Source: Patescibacteria group bacterium | Lineage (GTDB): Bacteria > Patescibacteriota > Patescibacteriia > Buchananbacterales > UBA6539 | Direction: 5' to 3' | Assembly: GCA_028688055.1 (NCBI GenBank) | Contig: JAQTYZ010000001.1 | Coordinates: 114,910-178,909, forward strand | DNA: 64,000 nt | Part shown: positions 28,055-38,705 of the stretch, one piece after another | Numbering within the stretch: position 1 is the first letter of the stretch | Layout of the letters: each line of letters opens with the position of its first letter | Translations under genes and position numbers: made by a program | Notes under the pieces: generated by a model | Seen by the model: the letters and a program-made list of their open reading frames with translations, nothing else | What the model was told of the DNA's origin: nothing | Databases searched by the model: none

Positions 28055-29359
28055 ATGGCAAACTATTTGATTTCGGGCGGTCACAAACTCAAAGGCAGTT
28101 TGACGACCAATACCTCAAAAAACGCGGCGGTAGTATTACTTAATGCCGCTCTTTTAAATCAGGGCGAGACAACTTTAATCAATGTTCCGCGCATTGAAGA
28201 AGTTAAGCGCATTATTGAAGTTTTAAGCAGTATCGGCGTATCGTTGAAATGGAAAAATGAAAAAACTTTAGTTATCAAACCGCCCCAGAAAATTGATTTA
28301 GGGAACATCGACCGGGCCGCGGCGGTCAAAACGCGAAGTATTTTATTTTTTTTGGGAACCATTATTCATTGGCAGAAATCATTTGAGATTCCGCAATCCG
28401 GCGGTTGTAATTTAGGAAAACGTACCGTCAGACCACATATGTTTGCCCTGGAGAAACTGGGAATAAAAATAAAAACCACCAAAGATAAGTATGAGGTAAA
28501 CGTTGGCGACTTTAAAGCTTCCAAGGATGTTGTTTTGTACGAATCTGGTGATACGGTAACTGAAAATATTTTAATGGCCGCGGCTAAACTACCAGGTAAA
28601 ACAATTATTGATTTAGCGTCGGCCAATTATCAGGTCCAAGATTTGTGTTTTTTCCTGGAAAAGTTGGGAGTGAAAATTAAGGGCATCGGTACAACTAAGC
28701 TTGAGCTTACTGGTGTCCGGAAAATTAATAAAAAGGTTAGCTATTACCTGAGCGAGGATCCGATTGAATCAATGTTGTTTATTTCAATTGCCGTTACGAC
28801 TGGCTCGTCACTAACAATCAAACGTTGTCCAATTGATTTTTTGTCGCTTGAGCTACTCAAATTGGAGAAAATGGGTTTCAAGTATCAGATTTTAAAACGT
28901 TACAAGGGTTACAATGGAAAAACTAATTTGGTTGATCTCAAGACTTTTCCGAGTGTTTTAACCGCGCTTGAGGAAAAGATTTATGGGCGACCTTATCCTG
29001 GTTTAAACATTGATAATTTGCCTTTTTTTGTGCCAATTGCGACGCAGGCGCACGGAACAACCCTCATTTTTGATTGGGCTTATGATAATCGAGCGATTTA
29101 TTATGTTGAATTAAATAAGCTTGGGGCCAGAGTTGAGTTAGCTGATCCGTATCGGGCGTATGTTACCGGACCGACCAAACTGACGGCGGCGGAAATAATT
29201 TGTCCGCCGGCCTTACGACCGTCAACGATTATTTTGGTAGCGATGTTGGCCGCTAAGGGCAACTCAATACTGCGCAATATCTATTCAATCGAACGGGGGT
29301 ACGAAAATTTAGAAAGTCGGTTATCAGTCGTCGGCGCTAAAATTAAAAAAATTGATTAA
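28055..29359 (+). CDS. murA: UDP-N-acetylglucosamine 1-carboxyvinyltransferase
   Basis: 434 aa. The N-terminus LISGGHKLKGSLTTNTSKNAAVVLLNAALL...LINVPRIEEV aligns with the MurA start (EPSP-synthase fold). Confidence 0.85.
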   Translation: MANYLISGGHKLKGSLTTNTSKNAAVVLLNAALLNQGETTLINVPRIEEVKRIIEVLSSIGVSLKWKNEKTLVIKPPQKIDLGNIDRAAAVKTRSILFFLGTIIHWQKSFEIPQSGGCNLGKRTVRPHMFALEKLGIKIKTTKDKYEVNVGDFKASKDVVLYESGDTVTENILMAAAKLPGKTIIDLASANYQVQDLCFFLEKLGVKIKGIGTTKLELTGVRKINKKVSYYLSEDPIESMLFISIAVTTGSSLTIKRCPIDFLSLELLKLEKMGFKYQILKRYKGYNGKTNLVDLKTFPSVLTALEEKIYGRPYPGLNIDNLPFFVPIATQAHGTTLIFDWAYDNRAIYYVELNKLGARVELADPYRAYVTGPTKLTAAEIICPPALRPSTIILVAMLAAKGNSILRNIYSIERGYENLESRLSVVGAKIKKID

Positions 29360-29368
29360 ATTTAAAAT

Positions 29369-30670
29369 ATGGAAATAATGGAAAATAAAAATAGTGAACC
29401 AAAAAAAGTTCAGTTTAGCAAAATTGCCGGGTTACTTGCCGTTGTCCTGATGGCCGGATTTTTTGTGGGCGGGTTTTATTTAGGTCACTCCAATCTTATT
29501 AATTTCCCCAAGAAGACTACTTCCGGCGTCGTTAAAAATGCTGATGCCCTTCCGGATTATTTGACTAAAGATGTTGATTTTAAAGAATTTTGGGATATCT
29601 GGCAGTATGTCAAAGGCAACTTTGTAAAATCAGATGTTGCGGATACCAGATTATTTTATGGTGCCATCTCGGGCATGGTTAGTTCGTTGGGGGATCCCTA
29701 TACTGTATTTTTTGATCCGGAAATATCGAGTAAATTCGAGCAAGAGCTGTCCGGCAGTTTTGAAGGTATTGGCGCCGAAATTGGCATACGTGACAATCAC
29801 TTAACGGTGATTGCGCCGTTGCCTGGTACACCGGCGGCTAAGGCTGGGATTAAAACAGGCGACTATATTATTTCCATTGACGGTAAAGACACTTCGGGTA
29901 TTGCTTTAGATTATGCCGTTAGCATTATTCGTGGAGCTAAAGGTACGCCAGTTAAATTAAGTGTTTATACCAATGGTGATGATGCTCCGCGCGATGTTGA
30001 AATTATCAGAGATAAAATCGAAATTGATAGTGTAAAATTTTCTCAAAAATTAAGTACGGTGGCTAGTGACGATAAAAAGAATTTTGAGGTTAAAGACGGT
30101 GACATCGCTTATCTTCAGCTGCTTTATTTTAATGAAAATACCTTAGCGGACTGGAATAAAACCATTGAACAGGTAGTTAAAATGAAACCTAAGGGAATCA
30201 TTCTTGATTTAAGAAATAACCCGGGCGGTTATTTAACAACGGCCATCGAAATTGCCGGCGACTGGGTTAATGGGCGCGACGTGGTGATGGAACAGACCAG
30301 AACCGGCGAGCGGACCGCTAGTCATGCCAATCACGTTGCAAGATTGGCCAATATTCCGACGGTGGTTTTGGTTAACGGTGGTAGCGCCTCCGGTTCCGAG
30401 ATCGTCGCTGGCGCCTTGCAGGATTATAAAATGGCAACCTTAGTGGGAGAAAAAACTTTTGGTAAAGGATCCGTTCAGGATTTAAAGAATTTTCCTGATG
30501 GTTCATCGGTAAAATTAACGATTGCAGAATGGTTGACGCCGTTAGGCCGAAACATTAATAAGGAAGGTATTGCCCCTGACGTTGAAGTCAAATTAACCAA
30601 GGAAGATATTGAGGCAAATCGTGATCCGCAGCTGGATAAAGCGATAGAAATACTCAAGACGCAAAAATAG
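29369..30670 (+). CDS. Carboxyl-terminal processing protease (S41, Ctp) with PDZ domain
   Basis: N-terminal TM anchor, PDZ (GIKTGDYIISIDGKDTSG), catalytic Ser motif GGSASGSEIVAGALQD and Lys motif FGKGSVQ. Confidence 0.85.
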   Translation: MEIMENKNSEPKKVQFSKIAGLLAVVLMAGFFVGGFYLGHSNLINFPKKTTSGVVKNADALPDYLTKDVDFKEFWDIWQYVKGNFVKSDVADTRLFYGAISGMVSSLGDPYTVFFDPEISSKFEQELSGSFEGIGAEIGIRDNHLTVIAPLPGTPAAKAGIKTGDYIISIDGKDTSGIALDYAVSIIRGAKGTPVKLSVYTNGDDAPRDVEIIRDKIEIDSVKFSQKLSTVASDDKKNFEVKDGDIAYLQLLYFNENTLADWNKTIEQVVKMKPKGIILDLRNNPGGYLTTAIEIAGDWVNGRDVVMEQTRTGERTASHANHVARLANIPTVVLVNGGSASGSEIVAGALQDYKMATLVGEKTFGKGSVQDLKNFPDGSSVKLTIAEWLTPLGRNINKEGIAPDVEVKLTKEDIEANRDPQLDKAIEILKTQK

Positions 30671-30723
30671 TATGGTTAAAAAAATGGGTGGTAGTATGTC
30701 GCTGGTAATTCTTTTTTACCTTT

Positions 30724-32190
30724 ATGGCCAAAATCGACATTAATCCCGCTGATAAATTATTTAAATGGGGGCCGATTGATGGCAAATTGATCTATCCCGA
30801 TTTTTTTAATCAAACTTTTGTCCGGTTTCAAAAAGCCGGTTTTGTCAGTTGGCCGGATGTTTTGTGGTTGATGCAAAAAGAAAAGATGCTCTGCGTGGTG
30901 GATAATGATAATTTGTATGAATGTGGCCGGCAAAATTTTCAAAAAACAGCCCTTGATTCAAAAAAATTTAACGCCGTTTTTCGTGATTGGCAAAAGAATT
31001 TGCGGCAATGGTTACGATTTCAAAAAACGCTGTCGGCCGCAAAGCTTAGACACGCCAGTGATCAAGATTTAGCTAATATTTTTCAACAATGGGTTGAATT
31101 GTATCTTAAGTTTTGGACATTGGGGCTGTTACCGGAAGTGGCCAACTGGGGCGGTGAAATAATTTTAAATGAAAGATTAAAAAAGCTGCCATTAAAATCA
31201 GAACATGATTTTATTTTTTTGTTGGAAAAATTATCCGCGCCCGAAAAATTATCATTTTATCGGGAGGCGGAATTGGGCCTGCTAAAATTAAAAAAGCAAA
31301 TTCACGCCAGGGATTTTGAAAAAAAATTAGAGCTTCATCAACAAAAGTTTTTTTGGATTTTAAACAGTTATCATCATACAAAAATTTTATCGCTACAATA
31401 TTTTCGCCGCGAATTGCGGGCGATTGGGCCTAATTATGAGCGCAAATTGTCTGAGCTAATGAAATATACTAGCCTAGTTAAGCGCGAAAAGCAAAAGCTG
31501 ATTCGACAATATCATATTGACCCGCTAACGGCCAAAGTGGCCCAAAGGCTCGCTTTTTCGATTTGGTGGCAGGATTTACGGAAATATTACATCTTTTTAG
31601 CCAACCATTATGTCGATTTGTTCCTTCAGGAATTCTCGCGGCGACTTGGGGTTGATTTTGATGATTTGCATTATTATGGTGTCGAAGAGATGATGCGGTT
31701 GGCCAAAAGCCACAAAAAGCTTGCCAAATCAGAAATTAACCACCGGAAAAATAATTTGGTTGTCCACTACTCCCAAAATGCTAATTCATTGGAGTACATT
31801 TCTGGCAGAAAAGCCGCGGACATTATTAAAAAATATACGGCTATAAAAGTTGAGAAGAATTTGACCACTTTAAGTGGTACCGTGGTTAGTAAGGGGCAAA
31901 AGGTGCAAGCTCTGGTAACAGTGATTTTATCAGCTAAAGATTTTACTAAGATGAGGCCTGGTGATATTTTGGTGACAGCGATGACATCACCCGATTACAT
32001 TATGGTAATAAAGAAAGCGGCCGCCATTGTCACCGATGAAGGCGGGTTAACTAGTCACGCGGCCATTGTGTCACGGGAACTTGGTATTCCCTGTATTGTT
32101 GGAACAAAAGTAGCAACACGAGTTTTGAAAGATGGTGATTTAGTTGAGGTCGATACGATCAAAGGGGTGGTTAAAAAAATTGCTAAATGA
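30724..32190 (+). CDS. PEP-utilising-enzyme mobile (swivel phosphohistidine) domain protein, paralog 1: ~390-aa helical N-terminal region + C-terminal swivel domain
   Basis: C-terminus [50 protein letters not shown] is the PpsA/PPDK/enzyme-I phosphohistidine swivel motif (GGxTSHAAIxxRELGIP). The protein has neither an ATP-grasp domain nor a PEP-binding TIM barrel. Confidence 0.7.
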   Translation: MAKIDINPADKLFKWGPIDGKLIYPDFFNQTFVRFQKAGFVSWPDVLWLMQKEKMLCVVDNDNLYECGRQNFQKTALDSKKFNAVFRDWQKNLRQWLRFQKTLSAAKLRHASDQDLANIFQQWVELYLKFWTLGLLPEVANWGGEIILNERLKKLPLKSEHDFIFLLEKLSAPEKLSFYREAELGLLKLKKQIHARDFEKKLELHQQKFFWILNSYHHTKILSLQYFRRELRAIGPNYERKLSELMKYTSLVKREKQKLIRQYHIDPLTAKVAQRLAFSIWWQDLRKYYIFLANHYVDLFLQEFSRRLGVDFDDLHYYGVEEMMRLAKSHKKLAKSEINHRKNNLVVHYSQNANSLEYISGRKAADIIKKYTAIKVEKNLTTLSGTVVSKGQKVQALVTVILSAKDFTKMRPGDILVTAMTSPDYIMVIKKAAAIVTDEGGLTSHAAIVSRELGIPCIVGTKVATRVLKDGDLVEVDTIKGVVKKIAK

Positions 32191-32193
32191 AGT

Positions 32194-33654
32194 ATGTCTA
32201 AAACATGTGTCAATTGGAGACTCTATGAGCGTAATAATATTTATCCGCAGAGTCTTTCGCCGTATCTTGAATTGGTTAATTTGTCACAGAGTAAAAAGTA
32301 TCCTTATATTGCTAATCATCACGAAGTTTTGACTTTTCAAGATGGTTATCTTTGGTGGGCGCGTGATGCCGACGCCATTGAAAAAGACGCTCGCAGATGG
32401 GTTCGAGATTGGCTTTATTCAAAAAGCGAATTAAAAGATCTTTTAATACTTTTTGATTGCCTAGGGCATAGTAATCAAAATATTTTGCCATCTTTAGCAA
32501 AGATAAAAGTCAAAAATATTGGTAGTGATGAATTATATGGTTTATATGAAAAAACAAAAAATATCTTTTTAAGTGGAGTTATTTTTGATGAATACGCCAT
32601 TGATCTTTTTGATGATTTTTCTGGTAATATTTTTTCCGAAAAAATTCGTGGCTATACCAAGGGACTAATTAGCCAAGAAGATATTAGACAATTATTAAGG
32701 CCAGCGTCGATTACCAAAAGTCTTCAATATCGAAAAAAACTTTTAGAGTTTTCGTTTGTAAAAAATGTTCTCCCTTCTGAGTTACAAAAAATTGCCAATC
32801 AGTTTTGTTGGATTGCGATGGGTTGGGATGGAAGCAACGAATTAACTGTTGCTAAACTAAAAAGTGACCTAGCTAAGCTGAAAAAAGTAAGTATCAATGA
32901 TCGTACCAAGGAACTCAAAAAAATTAAGAACTTTGGCCAATCGGTACGCCTTGAAAGAAAAAGGATATTGAAAAAATATAAGTTGCCTCAAAAAAAATTG
33001 AAACCGCTTTTTTACCTTTTGGATATTTTTGTTGTTTTCCACGACCGGCGCAAAGAGCATCAAATGAACTGTAATAAAATTATTTTTCCGGTTTTAAAAG
33101 AAATTGCCAAAAGGTTTAAAGTGGATTACGGTGACCTGCTGTTTTATTTTAATTCCGACATCAAAAATTTATGTTTGGACAGAAAAAAATTAAGCGCTTC
33201 AGAAATTAAAAAAAGGAAAAACGGGATTACCTGGGTAATCAGTGACAGAAAAGCTAGAATTTTTTTAGGTCTGAGGGCAAAAAAAGTATTAAATATGTTA
33301 GTTCTTTCAAGCTTTAAAGCAGATAATGTTTTGGAAATTTCAGGCGAAACAGCTTCGGGCGGAAAAGTTAACGGTAAAGTTTTTGTAACTAAGAGTTCTA
33401 AACTGGCGCTTAAAAATTTCAAAAAAGGTGATATTTTAGTAACGACGATGACAACGGTGGATTATTTGCCGGTGATGAAATTAGCCAGTGCTATTGTAAC
33501 TGATGATGGGGGATTAACCTGTCACGCGGCGATTATTTCAAGGGAGTTAGGTATTCCTTGTGTGGTTGCCACTAAAATTGCCACTCAGATTTTTAAAACC
33601 GGTGATAGGGTTGAGGTTGATGCTGATCAGGGGGTAATTAAAAAGTTAACATAA
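32194..33654 (+). CDS. PEP-utilising swivel-domain protein, paralog 2
   Basis: C-terminus [50 protein letters not shown]; N-terminal region diverged from paralog 1; 3-nt gap from the upstream gene. Confidence 0.7.
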   Translation: MSKTCVNWRLYERNNIYPQSLSPYLELVNLSQSKKYPYIANHHEVLTFQDGYLWWARDADAIEKDARRWVRDWLYSKSELKDLLILFDCLGHSNQNILPSLAKIKVKNIGSDELYGLYEKTKNIFLSGVIFDEYAIDLFDDFSGNIFSEKIRGYTKGLISQEDIRQLLRPASITKSLQYRKKLLEFSFVKNVLPSELQKIANQFCWIAMGWDGSNELTVAKLKSDLAKLKKVSINDRTKELKKIKNFGQSVRLERKRILKKYKLPQKKLKPLFYLLDIFVVFHDRRKEHQMNCNKIIFPVLKEIAKRFKVDYGDLLFYFNSDIKNLCLDRKKLSASEIKKRKNGITWVISDRKARIFLGLRAKKVLNMLVLSSFKADNVLEISGETASGGKVNGKVFVTKSSKLALKNFKKGDILVTTMTTVDYLPVMKLASAIVTDDGGLTCHAAIISRELGIPCVVATKIATQIFKTGDRVEVDADQGVIKKLT

Positions 33655-33657
33655 CTT

Positions 33658-35244
33658 ATGACGTCGATGCAGTTTAAAAAGGGTTTAATTAAAAAAGACC
33701 TAGAAAAATTAAAGCAGAAAGAATGGTATCACCAAAGGTTTGATGGTTGTCCCAACCTTATTTATTTAATTGGTCAGATGGAGCTGGAGCCAGAATCGAG
33801 AAAAGAAGTTGGTGGAGAATTCATCAATCATTTGATAATTTTTAATAATGATCGGGTTGATTGGTATATTGATTTAGCTGACATTAATCGTGTCTCCAAT
33901 ATTTTTTTTAAAAAAAGTTATCGCCAGTCCTTGGGAATCGGAAAAAGGATTATGAAGAAATGGGATAATAATAAAGTAGCTTTTCATAAAAAGTGCTTGG
34001 AATTGGATAAAATAAATTTAACTAAGCTTACCAATAATGAATTGAAAAATTTATATGAAGATTTTTTCAGGACGTATTTTGGTTGGACCAGCATGAGTTC
34101 TGTGATTGATGGTTTTGCCTTGGGGAGTGATCAATTTATTGAAACAGAGTTAAAAAAATTTTTAAGTAGCCAAAAAATTGCCACTGGTCAAGGAATATTT
34201 TTTTCAACATTGACGGCGCCGACAAACCAATCATTTATCAATGAGGCCGAAATCTCATTATTGAAAGTAGCTCTAAAAATTTATCAGAATCAGAAATTAA
34301 GAAAAATTTTTATTGCCAACAATGTCAATTCAATTTATAAAAAAATTAATCATTTTCCGGTTGAATATCAGGCCCTGCGAAAACATCAACATAATTTTTT
34401 TTGGGGTAAAAACAATTATGTTGATAGCAATATTTTAAGTATTTCTTTTTTTATTAAGGAAATTAAACAATTATTGAAAAACAATATTGACGTATCAGCT
34501 CAGATCAAAAGAATTGAAACGGTGCCAATCAAAAATAAAATTGATAAACAAAAATTAATAAAAAAATTAAAGTTGCCCAAGTTTCTTCTTAATCTAATCG
34601 AAATATCAGAAACATTTACCTACTGGCAAGATGAGCGAAAAAAATATACTTTTTTGGCAACTTATTATGGTTCAACTTTTTTAGCTGAAATCGGCAGACG
34701 TTTTGACTACCCCTTGGTTGAAATGAAATATTTATTTTTTTCGGAAATTATAACATTATTTACTGGCCAGGGGCATTATGTCTCTAGGCAAGAAGCGCAG
34801 CAGCGTAGAAAATTTAGTTTTCATTATGATCATCGGCAAGCTTATGAGATAATCACCGGTGCGGCGGCTCGTGAGGTTTCGAAAGCCATCTTTAAAGTTG
34901 GTGTTAAAAAAAGTATTAATGATTTCCGTGGGTTAAGTGCCTCGAGTGGTAAGGTGCGAGGAATTGTTAAAATCGTCACCAGCGCTCACGAAATAAATAA
35001 AGTTAATCGGGGAGATATTTTAGTAGCCGTAATGACTCGGCCAGATTATATTGTAGGTATGAAAAAAGCCGCGGCCATAATTACTAATGAGGGCGGCGTT
35101 ACTTGTCATGCCGCTATTGTCGCTAGAGAGTTAGGGATTCCGTGTGTCATTGGCACTAAAATTGCCACCGAAGTTTTAAGCGATGGTGATTTAGTGGATG
35201 TTAATGGTAATCATGGGGTGGTGACTATTATAAAAAGAAAATAA
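33658..35244 (+). CDS. PEP-utilising swivel-domain protein, paralog 3
   Basis: C-terminus GDILVAVMTRPDYIVGMKKAAAIITNEGGVTCHAAIVARELGIPCVIGTK; 528 aa; 3-nt gap from the upstream gene. Confidence 0.7.
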   Translation: MTSMQFKKGLIKKDLEKLKQKEWYHQRFDGCPNLIYLIGQMELEPESRKEVGGEFINHLIIFNNDRVDWYIDLADINRVSNIFFKKSYRQSLGIGKRIMKKWDNNKVAFHKKCLELDKINLTKLTNNELKNLYEDFFRTYFGWTSMSSVIDGFALGSDQFIETELKKFLSSQKIATGQGIFFSTLTAPTNQSFINEAEISLLKVALKIYQNQKLRKIFIANNVNSIYKKINHFPVEYQALRKHQHNFFWGKNNYVDSNILSISFFIKEIKQLLKNNIDVSAQIKRIETVPIKNKIDKQKLIKKLKLPKFLLNLIEISETFTYWQDERKKYTFLATYYGSTFLAEIGRRFDYPLVEMKYLFFSEIITLFTGQGHYVSRQEAQQRRKFSFHYDHRQAYEIITGAAAREVSKAIFKVGVKKSINDFRGLSASSGKVRGIVKIVTSAHEINKVNRGDILVAVMTRPDYIVGMKKAAAIITNEGGVTCHAAIVARELGIPCVIGTKIATEVLSDGDLVDVNGNHGVVTIIKRK

Positions 35245-35261
35245 TTAATTGCAAAAAAAAT

Positions 35262-36038
35262 ATGGAGAGTTTACATAATCGTGATTCTATTATTGCTCGT
35301 CACGCCGACAAGGGGTCATGGCAGATAAGTGAAGAATCGTTGACACAAATTTTTCCAGCCAAACAAGCAGCCTTGGTGGTGGAAGTTTTGCAAAATGACT
35401 TTCCGGAAATGATTGAAGCCGGTGAAACGCCCCTTACCCTTGAAGGAATTCAGCGTAGCTTAAAATTGGCTGAAAATCTTTATGATAAGCTTCCAGCGGA
35501 ATCAATTTTAGTGACACTTGATAGTGGTAAGGACAGGGCTAAATTATGTCGTCATCTGGTGACTGAACGTTTAAGCCAGCTGGAAGGAAAAGAAAAAATA
35601 ATTGATATGCTGGAAATTGATGAAAAGGAAATTGTGAGTTTATTGGCCGATTCAAATCCTGATACCTGGGCTCCTTATGAACTGATGATGAAAAATGATG
35701 GCCTTGATGAAGGTGAGGCCATATTTCGGTGGTTAAATGATATGAATGATCCAAGCATTGATGTGGCGCCTGAAAAATCACCCAAAGAATCAGCAGAAAG
35801 ATATCGACAATTAGTTAAGCTGATCCATGGCAGCATAACACAGGCGCAGGATGGCAATTCGCATCAACGGCAATCGCCAGTAATTTTGTTTGGCGTCGGT
35901 CATTCTGGGTCGTTAGGGCAGGCACTTTATGAAGATCGCGGGGGCATAACAGCAGAAGAGGTGCCGCATTTTTGTGAGCAATTTCAATTTAATAATGATG
36001 GAAAAATTGTTGCTTCAGAAAAAGTTGATTTAAATTGA
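35262..36038 (+). CDS. Histidine-phosphatase superfamily protein (phosphoglycerate-mutase/SixA-like fold)
   Basis: N-terminal RHADKG (RHG-type catalytic motif), PLTLEGIQRSLKLAENL (LTxxGxxQAxxLG pattern) and C-terminal ILFGVGHSGSLGQAL (second catalytic His). Confidence 0.55.
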   Translation: MESLHNRDSIIARHADKGSWQISEESLTQIFPAKQAALVVEVLQNDFPEMIEAGETPLTLEGIQRSLKLAENLYDKLPAESILVTLDSGKDRAKLCRHLVTERLSQLEGKEKIIDMLEIDEKEIVSLLADSNPDTWAPYELMMKNDGLDEGEAIFRWLNDMNDPSIDVAPEKSPKESAERYRQLVKLIHGSITQAQDGNSHQRQSPVILFGVGHSGSLGQALYEDRGGITAEEVPHFCEQFQFNNDGKIVASEKVDLN

Positions 36039-36218
36039 GTAATTGTCAGATGTTTGTCGAAGCGGTAAAATCATTAAGGACGAAATTTCCTGATTTTTCC
36101 TATCATTTGTATCACATTTTAAATGGTAATTCAGACATAAGCGACAAAGGGGACTACTAGGAAATTGGAAGTTTGTATGACTTTTTAGCTAACGAGATGA
36201 GTATTAATACCTAATGAA

Positions 36219-37184
36219 ATGACTAAATATATTTTACCTTTTTTTAAAATTTCTAAAAAAGATGCAGCAATCGCCGGCGGTAAGGGCGCGTCGCTGGGCG
36301 AAATGACCCAGACAGGTATTCCGGTGCCATCGGGGTTTGTGATTGTTGCTGACGCGTATAATTATTTTATTGATAGCGTTGCGAAAAATGAAGTCGCCGA
36401 AGTCGGGCTAGACATTAAAGCCCAGCTGAAAGAGGTTAATTTTAAAGACACTAATTCTATTGATAAAGCGTCGAACGTTATTCGTGATATTTTGCACGAT
36501 ACCAAAATTCCCAGTGACTTAGCTGATCAAATTAAAAATGAATTTAAGAAATTAAATACAAAATTTGTTGCCGTGCGCTCATCGGCCACGGCCGAAGATT
36601 CATCTATTGCTTCATGGGCCGGGGAGCTGGAGACATATTTGAATACGACTGAAAAAACATTACTCCAAAATGTCCGGCGCTGTTGGTCGTCGCTTTTTAC
36701 GCCGCGGGCGATTTTTTATCGCTATGAAAAAAAGATGTCAGATCAACACGTGGCGGTAGCGGTGGTGGTGCAAAAAATGGTGGAGTCAGAAATTTCCGGC
36801 ATTACTTTTACTGTTCATCCGGTGACCAAAGACAAAAATCAAATGATTATTGAGGCTGGGTTTGGGTTAGGCGAAGCCATTGTGTCCGGCCAAATTACGC
36901 CGGACAGTTATGTCGTTGGTAAAAAAGATTTTAGTATTTTTGATATTAATGTCGCCGAACAAAAGAAAATGTTGGTTCGCAAAGGCGCGGGCGGCGATAA
37001 TGTTTGGAAAACCATTGCTAAATCAAAACAGGAGAGCCAAAAGTTGACGGGCAGACAAATTATCGAGCTGGCAAAAATTTGTGCAAATATCGAGAAACAT
37101 TACAAAAAGCCGCAAGATATTGAGTGGGCATTTGCTAAAGGAAAATTTTATATCACTCAATCTCGGCCGATCACCACTTTGTAG
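36219..37184 (+). CDS. PEP synthase/pyruvate-phosphate-dikinase N-terminal nucleotide-binding (ATP-grasp, PPDK_N) domain protein
   Basis: GGKGASLGEMTQTGIPVPSGFVI, VRSSATAEDSSIASWAGELETYLN and DIEWAFAKGKFYITQSRPITTL align motif-by-motif with the N-terminal domain of E. coli PpsA. The ORF ends at TAG 37182-37184, in the same frame as the next gene. Confidence 0.8.
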   Translation: MTKYILPFFKISKKDAAIAGGKGASLGEMTQTGIPVPSGFVIVADAYNYFIDSVAKNEVAEVGLDIKAQLKEVNFKDTNSIDKASNVIRDILHDTKIPSDLADQIKNEFKKLNTKFVAVRSSATAEDSSIASWAGELETYLNTTEKTLLQNVRRCWSSLFTPRAIFYRYEKKMSDQHVAVAVVVQKMVESEISGITFTVHPVTKDKNQMIIEAGFGLGEAIVSGQITPDSYVVGKKDFSIFDINVAEQKKMLVRKGAGGDNVWKTIAKSKQESQKLTGRQIIELAKICANIEKHYKKPQDIEWAFAKGKFYITQSRPITTL

Positions 37185-37217
37185 CCTAAATTTTTTATTA
37201 TTAATTTTTTAAAAATT

Positions 37218-38705
37218 ATGGTAGGAGCAGTAATGAGGTCGGGAAAATGGCGTATTAAGCCGTCGGGTCAGTTGCCAATTTTTTTGAGATTTATGATTAA
37301 TTCTAGTTTTGATAAAGCAATTTCGAATAAAGCGGGGATTAAACATAATATTGCTAATCGTGTTTATCTTAATCACATGATGTATTGGCCAGCTTCAGAG
37401 TATGACGCTTTTGAGAAGGAGATAGTTGACCATTTAAAAAAACAAGACGGTTGGTTGGAAAAATATTGCTATCGTGAGCTAAAAAAATCAGAGCATTTAT
37501 ATAACCTAGGTTTAAAATTAGAGAAAGTAGATTGGGCTAAAAAAACTAATGCAGAGATGGAGAAAATTTTAGACAATCTGCTTGGTTTATATCGCGAATT
37601 AGCTTGCCCTTGGTATGCCCAATATCCAATTGATATTTACTATGAAAGTGTTATTGAAGAAAAACTTTTAACATTAATCCGAGCCGATCATCATGATTTT
37701 AGAAAATTTGTTTTAATTTTTACTGATCCGAAAGAAATGACTGATGTTGCCAAAGAGCGGTGGGAATTGATGAAATTAGCTAAAAAACTTAAACAGAATG
37801 GTGAGAAATTGGTTAATTTGTCTCAGATAGCAGAAGCTAGCATAAAAAAGCATCTGTCTATGTTTGCGTATATTAATCGCGGTTTGGCAACCAGTAAACC
37901 ATATACCCGAAAAGATATAATTTCTAGAATTAAGGAAGCATGGGCAGCCAAGGAAGGTTTAGACGAACTAATTAGTTATAGCTCACCGAAAAAAATCATT
38001 GAAGATTATAAATGGGCTTTAAACCAAGTTAAGCCAGACGGTATCTTTAAAAAAATTATTGATCAGGCTCGTTTGCATTCTTACACCAGAAATCGTCGAG
38101 TAGAAGCACTTTTTTTGGCTGACTATGGAGCCAGTTTTATGTATCATGAAATTGCTAAAAGGAGTAAATTTAATCCCAATTGGATAATGGAAGTAAGTAT
38201 TCCGGAAATGTATGAAGCGTTGCATGGACAAAAATTGCCAAATAAGGTTGAAATGCAAAGACGCCTTAAAAACTATGCCATGATTGTCAGAAATGCTAAT
38301 ACTAGACTTATCACCGATCCGGTTGAAATAAAAAAAATGGAAAAAAAATATATAGTAAAAAATGATCAAGTTAATCAGATTCAAGGTCGAGTAGCCTGTT
38401 TGGGCGGAGTCATACGCGGCCGAGCAAAAATTTGTCTGGATAAATCAGATATTGGTAAAGTTAAGAGAGGTGATGTGTTAGTAGCGCAGTTTACCACGCC
38501 TGATTTTGTACCAGCGATGGAACGCGCGGTGGCTATTGTGGCTGATCAAGGCGGTTTGTCATCGCATGCCGCTATCGTTTCTCGTGAGTTAGGTGTTCCT
38601 TGCGTGATGGCAACTGAGAATGGTACAAGGGTGATTAAGGATAATGATCTAATAGAAGTTAATGCTCGCACCGGTGTTATCAAAATAATAAAGCGAGCCA
38701 AATGA
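37218..38705 (+). CDS. PEP-utilising swivel-domain protein, paralog 4 (in frame with the upstream ATP-grasp gene; SD-like AGGAG 5 nt before the second ATG at 37233)
   Basis: C-terminus [50 protein letters not shown]. It lies 33 nt downstream of the PPDK_N gene in the same reading frame. Confidence 0.7.
   Translation: MVGAVMRSGKWRIKPSGQLPIFLRFMINSSFDKAISNKAGIKHNIANRVYLNHMMYWPASEYDAFEKEIVDHLKKQDGWLEKYCYRELKKSEHLYNLGLKLEKVDWAKKTNAEMEKILDNLLGLYRELACPWYAQYPIDIYYESVIEEKLLTLIRADHHDFRKFVLIFTDPKEMTDVAKERWELMKLAKKLKQNGEKLVNLSQIAEASIKKHLSMFAYINRGLATSKPYTRKDIISRIKEAWAAKEGLDELISYSSPKKIIEDYKWALNQVKPDGIFKKIIDQARLHSYTRNRRVEALFLADYGASFMYHEIAKRSKFNPNWIMEVSIPEMYEALHGQKLPNKVEMQRRLKNYAMIVRNANTRLITDPVEIKKMEKKYIVKNDQVNQIQGRVACLGGVIRGRAKICLDKSDIGKVKRGDVLVAQFTTPDFVPAMERAVAIVADQGGLSSHAAIVSRELGVPCVMATENGTRVIKDNDLIEVNARTGVIKIIKRAK

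Noticed and set aside
37182-37184. Interpreting the in-frame TAG as evidence of an alternative genetic code or programmed readthrough
   Set aside because: Every other gene in the window terminates normally with TAA/TAG/TGA and conserved proteins end where expected. A split gene with its own SD, or a sequencing error, is a more economical explanation.
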